Below, piece after piece: positions 17,589 through 25,682 of a stretch of DNA of 32,000 nucleotides. Below the pieces are notes generated by a model. That model searched no databases. It had not been told where the DNA came from and saw only the letters and a list, made by a program, of their open reading frames with translations. The DNA is from Nanopusillaceae archaeon (GTDB lineage Archaea; Nanobdellota; Nanobdellia; Nanobdellales; Nanobdellaceae), in contig JBMFJD010000005.1 in assembly GCA_049974095.1 (NCBI GenBank), forward strand, positions 1 to 32,000, written 5' to 3'. A program made the translations under genes and the position numbers. Position 1 is the first letter of the stretch. Each line of letters begins with the position of its first letter.

Positions 17589-18260
17589 ATGAGAGGTATA
17601 TTAGGATTATTTGGAGGAAAGAAAAATCAACAAAAAAGAACAGATCAAAATCAAGAGCAAGAGATATCATCATTATTTCAAGATTTTACAAATCAAGCAC
17701 CAATAAACCAGCAAAATTTTAACCAAAACTTTGGAAATAATTTATTTAATCAAGTACCGCCTCCATCATTTAATCAAATGCCTCAGCCACAACAACAAAA
17801 CCAATTTCAAAATTTTCAACCACAACCACCATTTAATTTACCTCAGCCACAACAAAATGTTCCACAAATAGTTCCTTCATCACCAAAAGAAGAAAATAAT
17901 TTAGATACTAGATTAGAAGAATATGTAAACACAACTGTAGAAAATATTGTAGGAGAAAAATTATCGGAAATAAGAGATGAGTTAACACAAATAAAAGTAT
18001 GGAAAGAAAAAATAGATTATTTAGTAAATAGATTGCAAGAACAAATAGATAAATTAGATAATAAAATACAAGAAATGGATAATATGGCTACTAAAAAATT
18101 AGAAGAATATGATAAAAGTATGCAAGAAACTTCTACAGAAATTCAAGCATTACATAGATTAATTAGAACAATGATACCTGCTATTTCTGAATCTACAAAA
18201 GAATTAAAAGAGACAATTGATGAATTAAAATCCTTAAGAGATTATATAAAGAGACCATAA
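17589..18260 (+). CDS. Q/N/P/F-rich low-complexity plus C-terminal coiled-coil protein (paralogue A)
   Basis: 223 aa. MRGILGLFGGKKNQQ is followed by about 90 aa of Q/N/P/F repeats (NQFQNFQPQPPFNLPQPQQN) and then about 125 aa of heptad coiled coil. Confidence 0.6.
   Translation: MRGILGLFGGKKNQQKRTDQNQEQEISSLFQDFTNQAPINQQNFNQNFGNNLFNQVPPPSFNQMPQPQQQNQFQNFQPQPPFNLPQPQQNVPQIVPSSPKEENNLDTRLEEYVNTTVENIVGEKLSEIRDELTQIKVWKEKIDYLVNRLQEQIDKLDNKIQEMDNMATKKLEEYDKSMQETSTEIQALHRLIRTMIPAISESTKELKETIDELKSLRDYIKRP
17796..17819 (+). repeat. 24-nt exact repeat shared with 26638..26661 (opposite strand)
   Basis: CAAAACCAATTTCAAAATTTTCAA encodes (Q)NQFQNFQ in both paralogues. Confidence 0.9.
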
Positions 18261-18289
18261 TTTTTTAATTTTTCTATCAATTTTTATTA

Positions 18290-18691
18290 ATGGATAAAAA
18301 TAAGGAAATAATTATTACAGCAATTACTTTATTAGCTTTATTAGGAGGTGGATTTATAATAGCACCATTTTTATATCCTATTTTCAATAGTCAAAATATA
18401 AATTTAAATCAGAATCAAATTTATCAAATATATCAAATAGAACAATATTGCCAATCTTTATGTTTATATGCAAAATATAATCTATCTGTTCAAAATCTAT
18501 TAAATTCCTGTTTATCATCTCCAAATTCAATACTATATAACTATTGGATTTCTGCAGGAGTAAATAATTGGGGATGTGAAGTATCTGAAAACTACTCAAA
18601 TCTATGCAACATAAATAATTATATTGTTTTAGATAATAATTGCAATATAATTGGTGTATTTTATAATAATAAGCAATTAAATATAACATGA
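18290..18691 (+). CDS. N-terminally anchored, Cys-rich putative surface protein
   Basis: 133 aa. MDKNKE is followed by the TM segment IIITAITLLALLGGGFIIAPFLYPIF. The ectodomain has 6 Cys and 3 N-x-S/T sequons (NLS, NYS, NIT). An ATGA overlap couples it to tatD. Confidence 0.55.
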   Translation: MDKNKEIIITAITLLALLGGGFIIAPFLYPIFNSQNINLNQNQIYQIYQIEQYCQSLCLYAKYNLSVQNLLNSCLSSPNSILYNYWISAGVNNWGCEVSENYSNLCNINNYIVLDNNCNIIGVFYNNKQLNIT

Positions 18692-19419
18692 AAATTATTG
18701 ATGCTCATTGTCATTTTGATAAATTTAGCAATATTGAAATAAAGAGAATTTTAAATAAATATGACAAAGATATAATAATTTTAACCGTTTCTGAAGATTT
18801 AGAATCTTCAATTAAAAATTTGACATTTAGTAAACTATATGAGAACATAATTCCTGCAATTGGCATACATCCTTGGAAAGTTGATAATGTTAAAGAAGAA
18901 GATATAAAATTTATTGAAAAAATAGTTAAAGAAGAAAAAATAAATATTCTTGGAGAAATTGGATTAGATAAGAAATTTAAACCAGATACATATGAAAAAC
19001 AAAAAGAAATTTTTGAAAAATTTTTAAAAATTGCAAAGGATTATGACTTAAAATTAAATCTTCATGCCCCAAATGCTTGGGATGATGTATTTAATCTATT
19101 AATAAAATATGATATTAAAAAAGCATATTTTCATTGGTATAGCGGAGATGAAAAGTTATTAGAAGAAATAGAAGAAAAAGGATATTTCATTGGTATAAAT
19201 GTATCTGCATTAATAAATAAAAAATATGAAAAATACATAGAAATAGCTAAAATAGATAATATAATAACAGAATCTGATGGCCCATATGAATATAAAGGAA
19301 TTATTCTTCATCCAGAAATGATAGAAAAGTTATATGATAAAATATCTGAAATTAAGAAAATAAAAAAGGAAAAATTATATGATATAATATTGAATAATTT
19401 TTCAAGATTTGTATATTAA
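18688..19419 (+). CDS. tatD: TatD-family metal-dependent hydrolase/nuclease
   Basis: IDAHCHFD, GEIGLD, NLHAP, FHWYSG and ITESDGPY are the TatD metal-ligand motifs, in order. Confidence 0.88.
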   Translation: MKIIDAHCHFDKFSNIEIKRILNKYDKDIIILTVSEDLESSIKNLTFSKLYENIIPAIGIHPWKVDNVKEEDIKFIEKIVKEEKINILGEIGLDKKFKPDTYEKQKEIFEKFLKIAKDYDLKLNLHAPNAWDDVFNLLIKYDIKKAYFHWYSGDEKLLEEIEEKGYFIGINVSALINKKYEKYIEIAKIDNIITESDGPYEYKGIILHPEMIEKLYDKISEIKKIKKEKLYDIILNNFSRFVY

Positions 19420-19515
19420 CATAGTGTTAAGCTCCTTTAACATATAGTTAATATTTATAAATTTTAGCATAGATAATAATTAACGTTATGTTAACATGTT
19501 TTAACATAAGGTTAA
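19416..19515. promoter_or_regulatory. array of four phased 15-bp palindromes, TTAACA-N3-TGTTAA
   Basis: 19416-19430 TTAACATAGTGTTAA (perfect); 19437-19451 TTAACATATAGTTAA; 19480-19494 TTAACGTTATGTTAA; 19501-19515 TTAACATAAGGTTAA. Start-to-start spacing is 21, 43 and 21 bp. Confidence 0.6.
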
Positions 19516-19524
19516 TCAATAATG

Positions 19525-19532
19525 TTTATAAA
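19525..19532 (+). promoter_or_regulatory. TATA box for tfe (leaderless geometry relative to the ATG at 19555)
   Basis: TTTATAAA is centred 26.5 nt upstream of ATG 19555, the same element and spacing as at ppa. Confidence 0.4.
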
Positions 19533-19554
19533 TACCAAAAAACCTTATATAGGT

Positions 19555-20067
19555 ATGAGCTACTTACTCAACGAAAACTATATAAAGATATTGGAATATA
19601 TAGCTAATAAAAAAGAATTTACAGAAAAAGAAATAAAAAGAGAATTAAAGATTAAAGAAGATGAAATTAGGAAGTTATTATATATATTAGAAGAGAATGG
19701 AGTTGTATATCCAATAAACATTATAAATAACAATGGAAAATTTGATTTCAGATGGGGTAATAAAATAGTTGGAGAAAAAGAGCTATTTTCATTTTTAGTA
19801 AAAAGAGAAATAGATAAATTTAAAAAAGAATTAGAAAAAACTCCAAGAACAATATATTATTGTGAAGAATGTAATATTGGTTATACACTTGATGAAGCAG
19901 AAGAAGATGATTTCAAATGTAAGGAATGTGGATCATTATTAGTAGAAAAAGAAAATTTCAGAATTTTCGAATTAGAAAATATAATAAATAATTTACAATC
20001 ATTGTTAGAAAAATATACAAAAGAGAAAAAAGAGAAAAAAGTTGCAAAGGCAAAAGGAAAGAAATAA
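19555..20067 (+). CDS. tfe: transcription factor E (TFE, TFIIE-alpha homologue)
   Basis: Winged helix (ILEYIANKKEFTEKEIKRELKIKEDEIRKLLYILEENGVV) plus Zn ribbon CEECN..CKECG. The ORF is open from ATG 19522, but the TATA geometry favours 19555. Confidence 0.85.
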   Translation: MSYLLNENYIKILEYIANKKEFTEKEIKRELKIKEDEIRKLLYILEENGVVYPINIINNNGKFDFRWGNKIVGEKELFSFLVKREIDKFKKELEKTPRTIYYCEECNIGYTLDEAEEDDFKCKECGSLLVEKENFRIFELENIINNLQSLLEKYTKEKKEKKVAKAKGKK

Positions 20068-20095
20068 TTTTTAATTTTTCTCTTAATATTTTTTA

Positions 20096-21253
20096 ATGAT
20101 ATATAAGACAAGAATATATGATTTAACTGATATATTTGAAAGATCAAATTCTAATTTAATAAGGAAAAATTTAGAGAAAGGATATAAAGTATATGGAATA
20201 AAGTTGGAAAAATTAAAAGGATTAATTGGTTTTGAAATATTACCAAATAGAAGAATTGGAACTGAATTATCTGATATAGCTAAAAGATTTGGACTTGGAG
20301 GAATATTACATTCTGACGAACTTCCAGGATATGGGATTAGTAATGAAGAAGTAGAAAAAATAAAAGAAAAATTAAATTGTAATGATAATGATGGATATGT
20401 ATTATTAATTTCTCCAAATTATGAAATTTCTAAAAAAGTATTTTCATTAATAATAAATAGAATAAATGAAATGATTATAGGAGTACCAAAAGATACAAGA
20501 CAAGCAAATGAAGATGGAACTACATCTTTTTTAAGACCTCAACCAGGTTCTGAAAGAATGTATCCAGAAACTGATCATCCATATATATTTATTGATAAAG
20601 AGATTGAGAATAAAGGAAAATATGAAATTATAAGATATAAAATAAGTTATGGAGATATAAGAGATATTTATGAAATATATAGATTAAAAGATTTTGACAA
20701 AGATTTATATTTAGAATTAATAAAAGAAGGAAAAGAAGTTTTAAATTCTATAGATCCAGAATTTATTAAAAAATTATTAAAAGAAATTGGCTTTAATGAT
20801 AAACAAATAGAAAATATAATATGGAATGAAAATATTTATCATATATTAAAATTATCAATAGACTTGGATCCTCAAACAATATATTATTTATTTTTTCAGA
20901 TGATTGGAGAAACAGAGAATTTATATAAAGAAAAAATAGAGGAATTAGATATAGATTTTATATATAAAATAAAGGATTACTTAAAAGAAAAAAAGATAGT
21001 AAGAAATGCTTTACCAATAATATATTATGAATATATAAAAAATAAAAAAGAAATAGAGGAAATAATAAAAGAAAAGAATTTATATAAAAGAAATACAGAA
21101 GAATTAGAAAAAGAAATAAAAGAATTCTTAAAAAATATAAATATAAATGATAAAAAGAATATTTATTCTAATGTATTTAGCAAATTTAAGTATGTAGCAG
21201 AAAGTGAAGATATTAAAAAAGTATTAGAGAAAATATTAGAAAATAAAAATTAA
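20096..21253 (+). CDS. gatE: Glu-tRNA(Gln) amidotransferase subunit E, C-terminal part only (split or truncated gene)
   Basis: IFERSNSNLIRKNLEKGYKVYGIKL..ILPNRRIGTELSD..GGILHSDELPGYGISNEEVEKIKEKL..GVPKDTRQANEDGTTSFLRPQPGSERMYPETDHP aligns from about residue 275 of full-length GatE. An in-frame stop at 20084-20086 closes the frame upstream. Confidence 0.85.
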   Translation: MIYKTRIYDLTDIFERSNSNLIRKNLEKGYKVYGIKLEKLKGLIGFEILPNRRIGTELSDIAKRFGLGGILHSDELPGYGISNEEVEKIKEKLNCNDNDGYVLLISPNYEISKKVFSLIINRINEMIIGVPKDTRQANEDGTTSFLRPQPGSERMYPETDHPYIFIDKEIENKGKYEIIRYKISYGDIRDIYEIYRLKDFDKDLYLELIKEGKEVLNSIDPEFIKKLLKEIGFNDKQIENIIWNENIYHILKLSIDLDPQTIYYLFFQMIGETENLYKEKIEELDIDFIYKIKDYLKEKKIVRNALPIIYYEYIKNKKEIEEIIKEKNLYKRNTEELEKEIKEFLKNININDKKNIYSNVFSKFKYVAESEDIKKVLEKILENKN

Positions 21254-21277
21254 AAATATTTTTAAAAAATATTATTC

Positions 21278-21697
21278 ATGGAAAATTGCATATTCTGTAA
21301 AATTGCAAGAAAAGAAATACCTGCATATATATTATATGAAGATGAATATTCTATAGCATTTTTAGATATAAATCCATTAAATAAAGGACATACATTATTT
21401 ATACCAAAAAAGCATTTTGAAAGATTATCATCAATGGATGAAGAGTATTCTAAGAAATTTTATGAAAGTTTTCAAAAATTCTTGAAATTATTTGAAGAAA
21501 AAATATCAAAAGATTATAATATAATAATAAATAATGGAAAAAAAGCAGGACAGGCAGTATTCCATGCTCATATACATTTAGTACCACAATATGAAGATAA
21601 TGGATATAAAAAAATATTTTTATGGAATACAAATAAATTGACTGAAGAAGAAGCGAAAGAAATTATTAAAAATTTCAATAATTTGAATTCAAAATAG
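21278..21697 (+). CDS. HIT-family (histidine triad) nucleotide hydrolase
   Basis: CIFCKI..; the HAHIHLVP triad; 139 aa. Confidence 0.9.
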   Translation: MENCIFCKIARKEIPAYILYEDEYSIAFLDINPLNKGHTLFIPKKHFERLSSMDEEYSKKFYESFQKFLKLFEEKISKDYNIIINNGKKAGQAVFHAHIHLVPQYEDNGYKKIFLWNTNKLTEEEAKEIIKNFNNLNSK

Positions 21698-21734
21698 TAA
21701 TATAATACTACTTTTTACAATACTAAAATTTTTT

Positions 21735-22427
21735 CTATAAATCTTTGTATTCTATTATTCCATCATTAACAATCTTAAATTTAACAGATACACCTTCTGG
21801 TAGATATCTATGTTTTCTTAATATTGCTTCCCTAATTCCATTATCATATACTTTTAGTTCTACTAAGCATTTAGACCAATATTTTATTAAATCTCCTCCA
21901 ACAATCCCAATCTTATCTTTTTCCTCTAATAAAGAATATACATGATTTGTAACTAAGACTGAGATATTATATTTCCTTGAAATTTCAGATAAAATCTGTA
22001 ATTGTTTTGCTAATTCTATATTTACTTCATTAACATCTTCGTCTCCTTTCTCTAATCTATATAGCATAGAAACAGAATCTATAACTATTAATCCAATATC
22101 ATTTGAATTTTCTTTTACTTTTTCATATGTCAAAAATATTGCTTTCTTTTGTTCTAAAAAATTCATTGGTTTATATAATAAGATATTTTTTAATACATTT
22201 TCAAATTCTTCTTTTGAAATTTGTTTTAATCTTTCAAATGAAAATCCTCCCTCAGTATCTACAAATATTACTTTTTTATTTAATCTTGCAACATTATATG
22301 AAGAAATTAGTGCTATATTTGTTTTTCCTGAAGCAGAAGGACCATAAAATGAAGTAATTATATCTGTTTCCAATCCTCCATCTAATAATTTATCTATTGG
22401 ATATATTCCAGTAGATATTTTTCCCAT
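21735..22427 (-). CDS. radB: DNA repair and recombination protein RadB
   Basis: 230 aa, RecA core only. Walker A GPSASGKTN, VIFVDTEGGFSFERLKQI and Walker B LIVIDSV. Confidence 0.85.
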   Translation of the reverse strand: MGKISTGIYPIDKLLDGGLETDIITSFYGPSASGKTNIALISSYNVARLNKKVIFVDTEGGFSFERLKQISKEEFENVLKNILLYKPMNFLEQKKAIFLTYEKVKENSNDIGLIVIDSVSMLYRLEKGDEDVNEVNIELAKQLQILSEISRKYNISVLVTNHVYSLLEEKDKIGIVGGDLIKYWSKCLVELKVYDNGIREAILRKHRYLPEGVSVKFKIVNDGIIEYKDL

Positions 22428-22593
22428 CTCTATTTTTTAAATTTTAATAATTATTTAAAAAACAAACATATATATGTATTAAAAATCTATCTTTAAATGA
22501 TCTTTTAATTGTAATATCTTGTAATATTAAAATATTCTCCAGAGAGTAATAAAATATCTTTTTATCTAATTGACTAGGAATTTTTTATTAAAA

Positions 22594-23880
22594 TTAAGAT
22601 ATATTTTTATATCTGTATTCTTTATCCCCAACTTTTATTAATAAATAATTTGCTTTTTCTTTTATACTATCATTATATTTTTCAATAATATATTTTATAG
22701 CATCATCCATATTATTTATTTTTCTTTTTGTTATAGAATATATCTTAGAATTTTTAATAAACAATTCTTCATTCTTATGCTTTTCATAGAAATTTTCAAA
22801 ATCTTTCATATCCCAAATATTTGGTCCCTCTCTAATTTCATATTCTGGTAATTTCTCTGGATAATATAATATAAATCCATGTAATTTATCATCTCTAAAA
22901 TAATAATATGAATTAAATATTTTAAATCCTAAAATATTAATATTTTTCTTAATAAAATTAAATAATTTTAATGCCTTAGTATTTTTTATATCCTTATTAT
23001 TTGAATTTCCTTCTATTTCTATATAAATCATATTTGTCTCATATTTTTTAGATAATTCCAATAATTCTTCATATTCTTTATAGAATTTCCTTTTGAAATA
23101 TTTTTCTTTATCTTCATCATTTAAAAATAACCTTGAATAAAATATCATTTCTGAAAATTTTTGTATAGATACTGATGCTCCAACATTTCTATACTTATTT
23201 ACAGGATCTATAATTATTATTGGAGATTTTAATTTATCTTTTGATAAATTTTTCTTTATTTCATCATAATTTTTATAATATTTTTCAATATCAATTATAA
23301 TCTTTGGTTTCCATTTAGATGCATTTTCTATTAATTTAATAAATGAACCATAATGTATTACTAATAATTCTACTGCATATCCAGAAAATCCATTTATATA
23401 AGATTCTGCTCCATATACATTTATATTTTTCATAAATATTTTTGCTAATCTTATTTCATCATTTAAATTAGTATTCTTTATTTTTTCTTTTATATATTTT
23501 ACATGAAATGGAGATAAATCTGTAACATTTTTTGCTTCTTCAACATTTTTTATTTCTAATACAGGTACTAACTCGAATATATATCCCTTATAATTTACCC
23601 TAAAATAATCTCTAGATCCATGTATTCTTATATAATTAAAATTTTCTTTTTTTAATACTTCCTCTACCTTATCAGATATTTTTTCATCTTTATCAAATAA
23701 AATAAATGTATCTATATCAAAATCTCCTTTTAACCATGTATTTTTCGCAAAAGATCCTCCCAAAAATGGTTTTAAATTATTTTTCTTTAATATTTCAAAA
23801 AATTCATCAATTATATTAAATACTTTTCTCTTTTCTTCTTCACTAGGTTTTATTTCTTTTAATATTTTTTCAAAATCCAT
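22594..23880 (-). CDS. cca: archaeal class I CCA-adding tRNA nucleotidyltransferase
   Basis: LGGSFAKNTWLKGDFDIDTFILF nucleotidyltransferase signature. The 428-aa length fits. Confidence 0.88.
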   Translation of the reverse strand: MDFEKILKEIKPSEEEKRKVFNIIDEFFEILKKNNLKPFLGGSFAKNTWLKGDFDIDTFILFDKDEKISDKVEEVLKKENFNYIRIHGSRDYFRVNYKGYIFELVPVLEIKNVEEAKNVTDLSPFHVKYIKEKIKNTNLNDEIRLAKIFMKNINVYGAESYINGFSGYAVELLVIHYGSFIKLIENASKWKPKIIIDIEKYYKNYDEIKKNLSKDKLKSPIIIIDPVNKYRNVGASVSIQKFSEMIFYSRLFLNDEDKEKYFKRKFYKEYEELLELSKKYETNMIYIEIEGNSNNKDIKNTKALKLFNFIKKNINILGFKIFNSYYYFRDDKLHGFILYYPEKLPEYEIREGPNIWDMKDFENFYEKHKNEELFIKNSKIYSITKRKINNMDDAIKYIIEKYNDSIKEKANYLLIKVGDKEYRYKNIS

Positions 23881-24965
23881 TAATATATTCTAAATCTTAA
23901 TATTGCGCCTATTCTAAAATTAGCAAATTGCTCTCCTTCTGGATGATTTTTCGATATAATTTCTACTTTTGCATTTGTTTGTTTTATTAATTCCAATATT
24001 TCATTTATCTTATCTTTATAATCTTCAGAAATTAATATTGTATCTACAGCTCCCATTTCTAATGCTTTTTTAACATCATCAAATCCATAAACAACAAGTC
24101 CTGTATTTTTTCCCAAATGCTCAAAGAAAGTTTTAACTAATTCTACTTCCTTTACATACTCTGTTTTTTCCAATATATCTTTAGCCTTTTCTATAAGTTC
24201 TTTTAATCCATATTCATTTGAATATGCAGTATCAAATATCCCTAAAACTTTTTGTTTTAGATTATATGGTAAATAATCTTCTTTTACAAATTCTTCTTTC
24301 AACAATCCAGGTCCTCCTACTAATATTCCAACTAATTTATCTAAGTCTTTTTCAAAAAAATTCCTTAATTCATCTGCTAAATATTTTAACCATAAATGAA
24401 CATCCTGTTCAATTAATCTTTGAAATCTAACAGAAGACTGTCCTCCAGCTCTCATTTTTCCAGGAACCCAGGATTGTTTATTTTCTAATACAATTAATCT
24501 ATTTCCTTTTAAAATTCCTATTGTAGCTTCTCCTCTATCTAATACGATCAATCCATATAATTGTTTTGGAGTAACTAAATCTTTTAACGGATCTAATAAA
24601 AATCTTGAATCACATCGGTAAATCCTAATATTTAATTTATCGGGAGGCTCGATTGCCCATAATCTTATATCAACATCACCAGGTTTATTTGATATATTTC
24701 CACAAAATACTATTAAACCATTTTCTGGTAATTTTTTCAATCCTTTTAAATAATTTAATATTTTTGCTAAAGCATCCATTACATGTTGTCTAGTATTTTT
24801 ATCCTTAATGTTCTGCGCAGTTGAATATTCGTAACTTAAATGGTCTAATACTTTTGTTAAATCATATCCTGCTGGAATATAATAAGAAATTAGTTCAGTA
24901 GCTCTTCCTTCATATTTTTCAAGTTCTTCCATTAACATTTGTAATTCAAGTTCTTTAACATCCAT
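23880..24965 (-). CDS. prf1: peptide chain release factor aRF1 (compact, NIKD variant)
   Basis: GGQ motif (MRAGGQSSVRFQRL), YxCxxxF (IYRCDSRF) and TAQNIKDKNTRQ at the NIKS position. 361 aa. Confidence 0.9.
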   Translation of the reverse strand: MDVKELELQMLMEELEKYEGRATELISYYIPAGYDLTKVLDHLSYEYSTAQNIKDKNTRQHVMDALAKILNYLKGLKKLPENGLIVFCGNISNKPGDVDIRLWAIEPPDKLNIRIYRCDSRFLLDPLKDLVTPKQLYGLIVLDRGEATIGILKGNRLIVLENKQSWVPGKMRAGGQSSVRFQRLIEQDVHLWLKYLADELRNFFEKDLDKLVGILVGGPGLLKEEFVKEDYLPYNLKQKVLGIFDTAYSNEYGLKELIEKAKDILEKTEYVKEVELVKTFFEHLGKNTGLVVYGFDDVKKALEMGAVDTILISEDYKDKINEILELIKQTNAKVEIISKNHPEGEQFANFRIGAILRFRIY

Positions 24966-24989
24966 TATATGAAAAAATAATCAATATTT

Positions 24990-25682
24990 TTAAATACCAA
25001 TATATTCCTTAATATATCGAATATCAATATTTATTCCAAGCTTTTTTGATATATTTAAGATATTATTTAGATCTCTACTTAAAAACTCTTCTGAATATGA
25101 AGAATTAATTGGAATTGATTGAGAAACATCAATTATATATGGAAAATTTTTATATACAATTATATTATATTCTGAAAAATCTCCATGAATTAATTTTGCT
25201 TTATTATATATCTTTTTATATTCCTCTAATATATTATTGAAAAATTTCTCCTTATCCTCAATAAAATCATAATAATCATGTAAAACTTTTGGTCCATCTT
25301 CATCTCCAATATATTCCATAACTAAAATATTTCCTTTAAATACATAAGGAGCAGGAACTTTTACTAAACTTTTATACATTTTCTTTAAATTCATATATTC
25401 TTTTTTTACCCATGTATAAATTATCCCAATTATTGTTCTTGGAAAATCTTTTATTCTAGGATCTGCTTTTAAATATCTGACTTGTTCTTTATAACTTCTA
25501 GCCATAACTTTATATATTTTTATTGCAGAATTCACAGATCTAAATACAATTGCTTCTTTTCCTTCAGATAACAGAACTAATTCTTCCTTTATATATTTAT
25601 CATAATATAACATTTCTAAATATTTGAATGTATTTTGATCAAATACTTTTCCATATACTTTCCATATTTCTCTATACTTCAT
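24990..25682 (-). CDS. RIO-type serine protein kinase (Rio1-like, no wHTH)
   Basis: GKEAIVF..AIKIYK (ATP site), HGDFSEYNIIV (catalytic loop) and IDVSQS (metal loop). Confidence 0.88.
   Translation of the reverse strand: MKYREIWKVYGKVFDQNTFKYLEMLYYDKYIKEELVLLSEGKEAIVFRSVNSAIKIYKVMARSYKEQVRYLKADPRIKDFPRTIIGIIYTWVKKEYMNLKKMYKSLVKVPAPYVFKGNILVMEYIGDEDGPKVLHDYYDFIEDKEKFFNNILEEYKKIYNKAKLIHGDFSEYNIIVYKNFPYIIDVSQSIPINSSYSEEFLSRDLNNILNISKKLGINIDIRYIKEYIGI

Noticed and set aside
17589-17650. The N-terminus MRGILGLFGGKK resembles the M..LFG.K start of ESCRT-III/CHMP proteins.
   Set aside because: It is followed by about 90 aa of Q/N/P low complexity rather than the ESCRT-III alpha1-alpha2 hairpin. The similarity is too short to support homology.
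18290-18400. The 133-aa protein as a type IV pilin or archaellin precursor for the neighbouring FlaI/FlaJ-like pair.
   Set aside because: The N-terminus MDKNKE-IIITAITLL lacks the [KR]-[GA] cleavage motif of class III signal peptides. It looks like a plain signal anchor.
22466-22477. Perfect 12-bp palindrome ACATATATATGT and a nearby TGTAATAT direct repeat in the cca-radB spacer (166 bp).
   Set aside because: (AT)n-type palindromes are expected by chance in DNA this AT-rich. There is no phasing or multiplicity as seen at the tfe site.
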